A stretch of 64,000 nucleotides of DNA, taken from assembly GCA_965612735.1 (NCBI GenBank), contig CBFDSV010000002.1:8988-72987 (forward strand), in the 5' to 3' direction. How positions within the stretch are numbered: position 1 is the stretch's first letter; each line of letters opens with the position of its first letter. Below the pieces are notes generated by a model. It saw only the letters and a program-made list of their open reading frames with translations, did not search any database and had not been told where the DNA came from. A program made the position numbers and the translations under genes. This stretch comes from an uncultured bacterium. GTDB taxonomy: Bacteria; Hydrothermota; UBA3072; B12-G15. Shown piece after piece: positions 45,741-53,796 of the stretch.

Positions 45741-47930
45741 TCATTTTATAATTGTGACCCTAATGGATTGTTGATTTTCTTTTCCCTGCAATCTCAGAAA
45801 ATACACACCACCTGTTAGCTCTCTTGTTTCCAATCTTATCTTCTGCTTCCCAGAAGATAGACCACTTAAAGAAAATGTCTTCACCCTCTGCCCGGGAAGA
45901 TTATAGAGACCTATTTCATACATATTCTGTTGTTTAACACTCAATTCAAGTTCAATGTAATCATCAACAACTGGATTCTGTATAAGTCGGATGGGAAGAG
46001 TAATTTTATTCCGGGATTCATTAATCCCAAGAAGCAGATTTTCATAAATCTGAAGACCAGCAGTCTTAGCTGCAACATATACATATGACCCTGCCACCGC
46101 AATACATTCATCAGAACCAGGTGTATCATAATATCCTACCTCAATAGGGTTTGATGGATTGGATATATCTATCACACAAAATCCCAAACCATCATCTGCA
46201 ACATATGCATATGAGCCTGCCACCGTAACATTCAAAGCAACACCGGGTGTATTATAAGAGCCCACCCCCACAGGATTTGATGGATTGGATATATCTATTA
46301 TACGAAGCCCAACCTCCCCATCAGCAACATAGGCATATGCACCTGAGACTGCAACACCATGAGCCCAACCAGGTGTATCATAATAACCTACCTCAATAGG
46401 ATGTGAGGGATTGGATATATCTATTATACGAAGCCCAGCAAGGTCATCTGCAATATATGCATATGAACCTGCCAAATCGACATCCAAAGCACGATCAGGT
46501 GTATAACAAAAACCTGCCTCAGTAGGATTTGATGGGTCGGATATATCTATTACACGAAGCCCAGAATCCCTATCTGCAACATATGCATAAGCACTCTCTA
46601 CTGCAACATCCAAAGCCCAACCAGGTGTATCATAATATCCTACCTCAGTAGGATTTGATGGGTCGGATATATCTATTATGCGAAGCCCAGAATCCCTATC
46701 CGCAACATAGGCATATGCACCTGAGACTGCAACACCATGAGCCCAACCAGGTGTATCATAATAACCTACCTCAATAGGATTTAATGGATTGGATATATCT
46801 ATTATGCGAAGCCCAGAAGAGTCATCTGCAACATAGGCATATGAATCTGCCACTGCAACACCATAAGCATTACCAGGTGTATCATAATGATACACTTCCG
46901 TAGGATTTGATGGGTTGGATATGTCTATTATACAGAGCCCATCAAAGTCATCTGCAACATATGCATATGAGTCTGCCGCTGCAACACCATAAGCATTACC
47001 GGACGTATCATAATAACCTACTGGAGTTGGATTTAATGGATTGGATATATCTATCAAAAGAAACCCGAACCAACCATCTGCAATATATGCATAGGAGCCC
47101 AACAATGTAATATTCCAAATAATAGGGGGCGTTTCAAAATAACTTACTTCCACAGGATTTGATGGATCGGATATATCTATTACACGAAACTTATTATTAC
47201 CCATATCTGCAACATATGCATATGAGTCTGCCACTGCAACATCCAAAGCGTAAGGTGTTTTGTAACAGCTTACTTCTACAGGATTTGATGGATTTGATAT
47301 ATCTATTACACGAAACCCGGAATCCCCATCTGCGACATATGCATATGAGTCTGCCACTGCAACACCATAAGCATAACCAGGTGTATCATAATATCCTACC
47401 TCAACAGGATTTGATGGGTCGGATATATCTATTACACGAAGCCCAGAATCCCTATCTGCAACATATGCATATGAACCTGCCACTGCAACATCCCGAGCAC
47501 GATCAGGTGTATCATAAGAGCCTAATTTTAAAGGTGATGCAGGTATGGATACATTCCATATCTCAAGCCCAGCAACACCATCTGCAATATAAAGTCTCTC
47601 TAACGTATTATCATAGAATAAACTACGCACAAAACCTCTGGTATGGATTCCCTCTGATACCTTAACAGGCGAAGAAGGGTCTGATACATCCAGGATATAT
47701 ACACCACCACCAGAGCCACAAAATACAAGACTTTTTACAGAATCATATGCAACTGCAAAAGACGGACCAAAAGGCCAGTTGCCCACAAATCTCACATTGA
47801 GGGAATCACCCTTGATACCCCCAGTTTTTTTATAATGGTTTATAGGTTCTGCGAGGGGTTCTTCATAATTCGCAGCACTGAGAGGAATAAAAGAACACAA
47901 CATCAAAATTAATGTAAACCTATTCATCAT
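45741..47930 (-). CDS. LVIVD-repeat (beta-propeller) protein with a T9SS C-terminal sorting domain
   Basis: 729 aa. Signal peptide, about 14 units of SYAYVAD..SGLRIIDISNPSNP.EVGYYDTPG.A.GVAV, and the CTD ...GVYFLRLQG...RVTIIK. GGAGG SD. Confidence 0.85.
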   Translation of the reverse strand: MMNRFTLILMLCSFIPLSAANYEEPLAEPINHYKKTGGIKGDSLNVRFVGNWPFGPSFAVAYDSVKSLVFCGSGGGVYILDVSDPSSPVKVSEGIHTRGFVRSLFYDNTLERLYIADGVAGLEIWNVSIPASPLKLGSYDTPDRARDVAVAGSYAYVADRDSGLRVIDISDPSNPVEVGYYDTPGYAYGVAVADSYAYVADGDSGFRVIDISNPSNPVEVSCYKTPYALDVAVADSYAYVADMGNNKFRVIDISDPSNPVEVSYFETPPIIWNITLLGSYAYIADGWFGFLLIDISNPLNPTPVGYYDTSGNAYGVAAADSYAYVADDFDGLCIIDISNPSNPTEVYHYDTPGNAYGVAVADSYAYVADDSSGLRIIDISNPLNPIEVGYYDTPGWAHGVAVSGAYAYVADRDSGLRIIDISDPSNPTEVGYYDTPGWALDVAVESAYAYVADRDSGLRVIDISDPSNPTEAGFCYTPDRALDVDLAGSYAYIADDLAGLRIIDISNPSHPIEVGYYDTPGWAHGVAVSGAYAYVADGEVGLRIIDISNPSNPVGVGSYNTPGVALNVTVAGSYAYVADDGLGFCVIDISNPSNPIEVGYYDTPGSDECIAVAGSYVYVAAKTAGLQIYENLLLGINESRNKITLPIRLIQNPVVDDYIELELSVKQQNMYEIGLYNLPGQRVKTFSLSGLSSGKQKIRLETRELTGGVYFLRLQGKENQQSIRVTIIK
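46040..47740 (-). repeat. Tandem ~130-bp coding repeats (LVIVD units) with long near-identical nucleotide stretches
   Basis: For example, 66 nt at 46524-46589 are identical to 47406-47471. Antisense pseudo-ORFs with periodic HMHMSLPLQH are side effects of the repeats. Confidence 0.85.
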
Positions 47931-48000
47931 CCCTCCTTCTTATTGGTTAAGCATTTTGTTTTTTAAGCCCTAAATTGAGTGATTCTTTCATTTGTTTTTT

Positions 48001-48029
48001 ATGATAAAATTTTATTCCGATTTTGTCAA
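48001..48029 (-). promoter_or_regulatory. Promoter of the LVIVD gene; the -35 lies in the left arm of repeat copy 2
   Basis: Minus strand: TTGACA (48029-48024), 17 nt, TATCAT (48006-48001). The 5' UTR is ~60-65 nt and ends in AAGGAGGG before ATG 47930. Confidence 0.55.
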
Positions 48030-48065
48030 CCCCTCTGAGGACGGAGGTTGACAATTTGACAGTTT
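48023..48065. repeat. Copy 2 of the 43-bp perfect direct repeat with an internal palindrome
   Basis: Identical to 45558-45600. Weaker similarity continues about 40 bp to the right (ttcaatRagataaat). Confidence 0.9.
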
Positions 48066-48146
48066 TCTATTTATCCCTCTTATTTTCAATAAGATAAATT
48101 AGAGATTCTTGTGTTTTTGTGTCTTCTTATCCATCAATACAGCCTT

Positions 48147-48174
48147 TATGCTTAATGCATAAATGCATGCACCG
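48147..48174. repeat. Copy A of a 28-bp direct repeat (22-bp perfect core taatgcataaatgcatgcaccg)
   Basis: tatgcttaatgcataaatgcatgcaccg. Contains the palindromes ATGCAT and TGCATGCA. Confidence 0.85.
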
Positions 48175-48227
48175 AGTAAAATAAAGTCTTCCTTATTCCC
48201 CATAAATACTATGATAATTTGCGGTTG

Positions 48228-48255
48228 TATGACTAATGCATAAATGCATGCACCG
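48228..48255. repeat. Copy B of the 28-bp direct repeat, 81 bp from copy A
   Basis: tatgactaatgcataaatgcatgcaccg. Has 2 mismatches to copy A outside the 22-bp core and ends 8 nt from the stop of the Fe-S protein gene. Confidence 0.85.
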
Positions 48256-48262
48256 TCCCCCT

Positions 48263-49606
48263 TTAAATAATAATTCTTCTTGGATACTTCCCATAGAAAA
48301 AATCATCCCACCAGAGGTAAAACCTTCGTGCAAAATGCGAAAGGGTTGAGAACCTTCTCAACAAATTCTGCAATGGATTGGTTCCCCTTGAATAGGGGCA
48401 GGTATACATACACAAACCACAATCAGTCCCAATCTTTTTCCAGTAATAATAACACTTCTCATAGTCCAGTTGCCATTTCTCAACACCCCTTACAACAGTT
48501 TTCTCACCAGAGGGGATAGCCTGAGCAGGACAGTTATCAGCACACTTTGTACAGAAAGAACACATGTCCTGAACACCAAAACTTATAGGTTTATCAGTAA
48601 TCAAAGGAAGGTTGGTCGTAACAAGCCCCAACCTCACCCTTGGACCAAACTCCCTTGTGATTATGTACCCAAGCCTTCCAAGTTCACCTATCCCTGCAAG
48701 GTATGCAAATGGAGGTAAGATAGCCTGATAATTGCTCTCTGATATGTGTGCCCTTGCACTGTAACCCAGCCTTCTGATATACTCTGCCAGAATAATGGCA
48801 ATAACAGCAACCTCAACGTATTTCTTTGCGCTCTCAACAGTTGTATGAATTCTTGGTGCATGAGAAAGCATCATGTAGTCCATCTCCACAGCAAATGATA
48901 TGGCATATTTATGCTCCACCTTTATCTCCCTTCCCCACTCCTCCGGTCCCCTTCCTACATGTGAGTAGAAGTATCTCTCCTCAACTGGTGCAATACCAAC
49001 AAGGTCAGCACCCAGGTATTTGGTGAACCATTTTATATGCTCCGTGAATTCTTCCGGTGTTAACTCAACCATATCCCCTTCTATCCCTCCGTCAACATAT
49101 TCAAGGAGTTTTGAAATAAAGGAAAATTCGGAACAACAGATACTACTCAATAATCTGTCGTAAAAGGCCCCACCTTCACAGGGTTCAGGCAGTTCTCTCA
49201 ATCTGTCGTCAAATTCTTTCTTTTCAGGGTGCAGTTCACCATAATAAATCCTGTATTTTTTTGTTCCAGGTCTGTATTCACCCCTGGCAAACATCACATC
49301 CCTCTCATCAAACCTCTCTTTGGAGGGATAAATTTTCAGGGTGTGTGTGTTCCTGTAAGGTATCGCTGAAATTAAAGCAAACAGGAGGAACAAGGCAAGG
49401 GTTATATATTGAAATAACTGTACATAAAATCCTTCAAGGAAAATCTGAACCCCAAGAATGGTAAGGGAAAGAACAAGGAGAATCAATGACCTGAGAAAGG
49501 GTCGTTTCTCTCCATCCTTTTTTGCGTAGATTGTGAAGAGTAAAAAGAAAAGTGTAATTGCTGACCAGATAATACATGAGGTGTAGAACACAACAAGCTT
49601 AAACAC
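48263..49606 (-). CDS. Membrane-anchored 2x[4Fe-4S] protein of the reductive-dehalogenase / QueG-like superfamily
   Basis: Start re-set to GTG 49606: AAGGAG lies 7 nt upstream and this avoids a 95-nt overlap with topA. ~3 N-terminal TM helices. Motifs CSFCTKCADNCP and CGLCMYTCP. Confidence 0.5.
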   Translation of the reverse strand: MFKLVVFYTSCIIWSAITLFFLLFTIYAKKDGEKRPFLRSLILLVLSLTILGVQIFLEGFYVQLFQYITLALFLLFALISAIPYRNTHTLKIYPSKERFDERDVMFARGEYRPGTKKYRIYYGELHPEKKEFDDRLRELPEPCEGGAFYDRLLSSICCSEFSFISKLLEYVDGGIEGDMVELTPEEFTEHIKWFTKYLGADLVGIAPVEERYFYSHVGRGPEEWGREIKVEHKYAISFAVEMDYMMLSHAPRIHTTVESAKKYVEVAVIAIILAEYIRRLGYSARAHISESNYQAILPPFAYLAGIGELGRLGYIITREFGPRVRLGLVTTNLPLITDKPISFGVQDMCSFCTKCADNCPAQAIPSGEKTVVRGVEKWQLDYEKCYYYWKKIGTDCGLCMYTCPYSRGTNPLQNLLRRFSTLSHFARRFYLWWDDFFYGKYPRRIII

Positions 49607-49610
49607 CAAA

Positions 49611-51761
49611 CTACTCCTTCTGTCTATGTCCGCATCTGGGGCACTGATAATAAATCTTTCCCCTTGACTTTTTCTCCAGCATAAAGGGGTTACCGCACTT
49701 CTCACACTTCACTGGAACGGGTTTATTCCAGTAAACAATATTACAATCCTTATTGGAACATACATAGTAGATTTTACCCTTCTTGCTCCTCCTCTCAATG
49801 AGTTCACCATCACACTCAGGGCACTTAATTCCAGTTGTGTACGGCTCAGTGTAATCACACTCAGGATACCTTGAACATGCTATAAATTTACCGTACCTGC
49901 CATGTCTCACAACAAGTTCTGCTCCACACTTTGGACACCTTTTGTCAATCTTTTCCTCATCTTCAGGAAGTGGTTTTGTGTTCTTACACTCAGGCCAGCC
50001 TGAACAGGCAAGGAATTTACCATACCTTCCCCACTTCACAACCATGGGTCTTCCACAAACCTCACACTTTATATCAGTTACCTCAACAAGTTCCTCTTTT
50101 ATTTCGCCACTCTTTTTACTGATTGCGTTCACCTTCTCAATGAATGGTCTGTAAAATTCCTCAAGAACCTCAACCCATGTCTTTTCTCCTGATTCTATCA
50201 GGTCAAGGTCTTCCTCCATGTGTGAGGTGAATTTAACATTAAAGAGTTCAGGAAAGTGTTTCACAAGGATTGAATTCACAGTCCTGCCCAGCTCCTCTGG
50301 AACAAGGAACTTTCCTTCCTTTCTCACATATCCCCTCTCAATCAAAAGACTTATTGTTGGTGCGTATGTACTTGGTCTTCCTATTCCCTCTTCCTCCATC
50401 TTCTTCACCATTGTCCCTTCAGTGTATCTTGGAGGAGGCTGGGTTGTCTTTTTCTCGTGTTCAAGGGACACAAGTGATACAGTTTCTCCCTCTCTATACT
50501 CAGGTATCTCTTCACCATCCTTTGGAATGCCGAGGAGTTTCAGGAATCCTGGAAACAGTAACTCTCTATATGAGGCCTCAAACAAAAACCTTCCACCCTC
50601 AATACCTATCTTCACCTCTTCCCATTCAGCATCCCTCATCTGGCTTGCAATTGCCCTGTTCCAGATAAGGGTATATAACTTCATCTGGTCTCTTGTGAGA
50701 AATTGACCAAGTGCCTCTGGTGGAAGATTTATATCCGTTGGTCTTATTGCCTCATGTGCACCCTGGGCCTGCTTCTTTGAAGAGAATAGATTTGGCTTAT
50801 CAGGAAGAAAGCCATCTCCAAACTCATCTTTTATAAACCTGCGGAACTCGTCTATTGCCCTTTCAGACAATCTTGGCGTATCCGTCCTCATGTAAGTGAT
50901 AATACCCTTTCTTCCCGCAGGGGTATCCACACCCTCATACAACTGCTGTGCAATAACCATTGTTTTCTTTGTGGAAAAACCAAACTTGCTTGAGGCCTCC
51001 CTCTGCAATGTACTGGTTATCAATGGAGGTGGTGGCTTCTGTCTTTTTCTGCTCTTTGTATATGTAGAAACAGTGAAATTCTGTTCTCTAATCTCCTCCA
51101 GTATCTTATTCAGTTCATCTTCCTGTGTAATTCTGAACTTCTTCCCATCTATCTTTGTGAGTTTTGCCTTAAACTTACCCCTGCCATTAAATATACCTGT
51201 AATGATGTAGTAATCCTCAGGTATGAATTTCTCAATCTCCTCTTCCCTCTCACATATAAGTCTGAGAACAACGCTCTGAACCCTGCCTGCACTTAACCCC
51301 CTCTTTATAATCTTCCATAGTATAGGACTGACCTTGTACCCAACAAGCCTATCCAGTATCCTCCTTGCCTGCTGGGAATAAACCTTTTTAAGGTCAATCT
51401 CTCCAGGATTGGCCATGCCCTGATGTATCCCCTCCTTTGTAATCTCATAGAATAAAACCCTCTTTGCATCCCTGTTTATCTCCTCCTTTATGTGATATGC
51501 TATTGCTTCACCCTCTCTGTCAGGGTCTGTAGCAATATAAACTTCATCAGCATCCTTTGCTGTTGTCTTGATTTCCTTCACCACCTTTCTTTTATTCTTC
51601 AGAAGCACATAATGTGGTTTGAACCCATTATCCACGTCAACACCCAGTTTTGACTTTGGTAGGTCCTTAATATGTCCCATTGTGGCCATCACCCTGAACC
51701 CCTCAAGGTATCTCTCCATTGTCTTTGCCTTTGTGGGTGATTCCACTATCAATAGTTTCAT
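49611..51761 (-). CDS. topA: DNA topoisomerase I
   Basis: TOPRIM N-terminus (LLIVESPTKAKT), catalytic Tyr region (ITYMRTD), four C-terminal Cys4 zinc ribbons. Confidence 0.95.
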   Translation of the reverse strand: MKLLIVESPTKAKTMERYLEGFRVMATMGHIKDLPKSKLGVDVDNGFKPHYVLLKNKRKVVKEIKTTAKDADEVYIATDPDREGEAIAYHIKEEINRDAKRVLFYEITKEGIHQGMANPGEIDLKKVYSQQARRILDRLVGYKVSPILWKIIKRGLSAGRVQSVVLRLICEREEEIEKFIPEDYYIITGIFNGRGKFKAKLTKIDGKKFRITQEDELNKILEEIREQNFTVSTYTKSRKRQKPPPPLITSTLQREASSKFGFSTKKTMVIAQQLYEGVDTPAGRKGIITYMRTDTPRLSERAIDEFRRFIKDEFGDGFLPDKPNLFSSKKQAQGAHEAIRPTDINLPPEALGQFLTRDQMKLYTLIWNRAIASQMRDAEWEEVKIGIEGGRFLFEASYRELLFPGFLKLLGIPKDGEEIPEYREGETVSLVSLEHEKKTTQPPPRYTEGTMVKKMEEEGIGRPSTYAPTISLLIERGYVRKEGKFLVPEELGRTVNSILVKHFPELFNVKFTSHMEEDLDLIESGEKTWVEVLEEFYRPFIEKVNAISKKSGEIKEELVEVTDIKCEVCGRPMVVKWGRYGKFLACSGWPECKNTKPLPEDEEKIDKRCPKCGAELVVRHGRYGKFIACSRYPECDYTEPYTTGIKCPECDGELIERRSKKGKIYYVCSNKDCNIVYWNKPVPVKCEKCGNPFMLEKKSRGKIYYQCPRCGHRQKE

Positions 51762-52714
51762 CTTATTATCTCCCTTATAACATTCCTCATATCATCTGGA
51801 ATTGGCGCATAGAAATTCATCCACTCCCCTGTTACAGGGTGTCTGAAACCAAGCATCATTGCATGGAGTGCCTGCCTCTCTATCATGTGAAGAATATTAT
51901 AGAATTTCTCCCTGTATTCAACCCCTATTTTTTGCAAAATAGAACCATCCCTTCCACCGTAATCAGGGTCACCAACAATGGGGTAACCAAGGTGTGAGAG
52001 GTGAACCCTTATCTGGTGGGTTCTTCCTGTTTCAAGGGTTACCTTCAGTATGCTTGCAAGTTTTGTAGAGTACAGAACCCTGAAATGTGTAACAGCACTC
52101 CTTGAGCCAAATGGTGTAACTGCCATTTTCTCCCTGAAAATGAGATGCCTTCCAATGGGGGCATTCACTGTACCTTCATCAAGGGGTGGCCTACCCCAGA
52201 CAATCGCAAGGTAAACCCTTTTCACCCTTCTATGGTATATCTCACCCGAAAGGTATGTATGGGCAGATGGTTCCTTTGCAAAAAGTATCAATCCTGTTGT
52301 ATCCTTATCCAGCCTATGGACAACACCTGGTCTTGTTGGTTCTGTTCCAGGGGCAAGTTTCTTCCCTGTATGGTAGAGAAGTGCATTCACAAGGGTTCCT
52401 GAAAGATGCCCCTTGGCAGGATGTACCACCATCCCCGTTGGTTTATTCACCACAACAAGGTATCTATCTTCATAAACTATGTCCAGGGGGATGTTTTCAG
52501 GTTCAACGTCTGCAGGAACAAAAGGCTCATACTCAACAACAATCTTATCCCCATCCTTGACCACATAGTTTGGTTTCACAGGATGTCCATTTACAAGGAC
52601 CTTCCCTTCCTTGATAAGCCTCTTTACCCTGTTTCTGGATAGATGGAGACCGCCCTTTGATAGGTAGAGGTCAATACGCTTATTTCCTCCCTTTACCTCT
52701 CTCTCCCACCTCAC
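51758..52714 (-). CDS. rluD: RluA-family 23S rRNA pseudouridine synthase (RluD-like)
   Basis: S4 domain at the N-terminus and the catalytic HRLDKDTTGL motif. Confidence 0.85.
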   Translation of the reverse strand: MRWEREVKGGNKRIDLYLSKGGLHLSRNRVKRLIKEGKVLVNGHPVKPNYVVKDGDKIVVEYEPFVPADVEPENIPLDIVYEDRYLVVVNKPTGMVVHPAKGHLSGTLVNALLYHTGKKLAPGTEPTRPGVVHRLDKDTTGLILFAKEPSAHTYLSGEIYHRRVKRVYLAIVWGRPPLDEGTVNAPIGRHLIFREKMAVTPFGSRSAVTHFRVLYSTKLASILKVTLETGRTHQIRVHLSHLGYPIVGDPDYGGRDGSILQKIGVEYREKFYNILHMIERQALHAMMLGFRHPVTGEWMNFYAPIPDDMRNVIREIIR

Positions 52715-53439
52715 CCTGCTAATAAAGTGGAGAGGGCATCCCTCTGGATTTCTATCAATTGCTTTATCCCATGCCAGGCAAGGTCAACAAGTCTGTCCAT
52801 CTCTTCCCTTGTAAAAGACCTGCCCTCTCCTGTTCCCTGTATCTCAATCAATTTACCGTCTTCAGTCATAACCACATTCATATCTACATCTGCCTGTGAA
52901 TCCTCCTGATAGTCCAGGTCAAGTAAAAATTCATCATTTATAATACCAACACTAACAGCAGCAACAAATGAACGGAGGGGGATTCCTTCTATCTCTCCAA
53001 GAACCATCATCCTTCTGAATGCGTGATAGACACTTACAAAGGCACCTGTTATTGATGCAGTCCTTGTTCCTCCATCGGCCTGGAGAACATCACAATCAAT
53101 TATTATTGTCCTCTCCCCCATCCTCTTCAGGTCAAATGCCTGCCTGATTGACCTGCCAATAAGTCTCTGGATTTCATATGTCCTTCCAGAAATGTGCTTC
53201 CTCTCCCTTGGTATCCTTGTATCTGAACTTCTCGGGAGCATGGAATACTCAGCAGTTATCCATCCTGTGCCCGAACCTCTGAGAAATGGTGGGACTGTAT
53301 CTTCTATTGTGGCATTAACAAGAACCTTAGTATTCCCCTGCTCAATAAGTACAGAACCAGGAACCCTGTTAAGAAAATCAAGGGTTATCCTGACAGGTCT
53401 CAACTCATCAGGTTTTCTGCCACCTGCCCTCTCCATCAA
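52711..53439 (-). CDS. rph: Ribonuclease PH
   Basis: 242 aa with R.DGR...ELRP, GS.L...G.TKVL and DGGTRTASITGA. Confidence 0.9.
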   Translation of the reverse strand: MMERAGGRKPDELRPVRITLDFLNRVPGSVLIEQGNTKVLVNATIEDTVPPFLRGSGTGWITAEYSMLPRSSDTRIPRERKHISGRTYEIQRLIGRSIRQAFDLKRMGERTIIIDCDVLQADGGTRTASITGAFVSVYHAFRRMMVLGEIEGIPLRSFVAAVSVGIINDEFLLDLDYQEDSQADVDMNVVMTEDGKLIEIQGTGEGRSFTREEMDRLVDLAWHGIKQLIEIQRDALSTLLAG

Positions 53440-53795
53440 CTCTCCTTTGGTTTCTCTTTAAGCCTTTTCCCTTCCCTCATGCTCACCTTACCATCCAGAA
53501 GCACACCCTCTTCAACCACCAGCCTCTTGCAGGTGAGTTCACCATCAAACGAAGCACCTTTAAGGAGTTCAACAAGTTCTGCAATATGGAACTCCCCATC
53601 ACAAACACCAGAGGAAGAAAGACTCTTGCTCTTCACCTTCCCTTTCAATATCCCATCGGGTCCAATGATAATCTTCTCAGTTGCCTCAATATACTCCGCA
53701 TGCACCTCTCCATCAATCCGTATGCTTCCATTAACATACAGTTTCCCTTCAATCTTTGTTCCCTGAGTTATTATGTTCATCAATGCCTCTTTCAT
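53436..53795 (-). CDS. Bactofilin (polymer-forming cytoskeletal protein)
   Basis: 119 aa of beta-helical repeats, I.G.L.V.G.IRIDGEV.G.... Confidence 0.8.
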   Translation of the reverse strand: MKEALMNIITQGTKIEGKLYVNGSIRIDGEVHAEYIEATEKIIIGPDGILKGKVKSKSLSSSGVCDGEFHIAELVELLKGASFDGELTCKRLVVEEGVLLDGKVSMREGKRLKEKPKES

Positions 53796-53796
53796 C

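Noticed and set aside
46907-47665. Antisense ORFs (67 and 168 aa) with periodic HMHMSLPLQH motifs opposite the LVIVD gene
   Set aside because: Their periodicity mirrors the sense-strand repeats. There is no SD or promoter, and the minus-strand ORF has a signal peptide, known repeat family and T9SS CTD.
48147-48255. Possible CRISPR array
   Set aside because: There are only two repeat copies, the single 53-bp spacer is unremarkable, and no cas genes or leader are in the window.
47931-48262. Replication origin near parAB/topA, suggested by DnaA-box-like TTATCC words (also TTATCCACT at 45733)
   Set aside because: Only scattered 7-8/9 matches were found, with no cluster of consensus TTATCCACA boxes, no adjacent dnaA/dnaN, and no obvious AT-rich unwinding element. 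Skew could not be computed by hand.
49607-49705. ATG 49705 as the start of the Fe-S protein gene (95-nt overlap with topA)
   Set aside because: The extension has no SD and encodes a non-hydrophobic, Arg-rich tail. GTG 49606 has AAGGAG 7 nt upstream and starts directly at the first TM helix.
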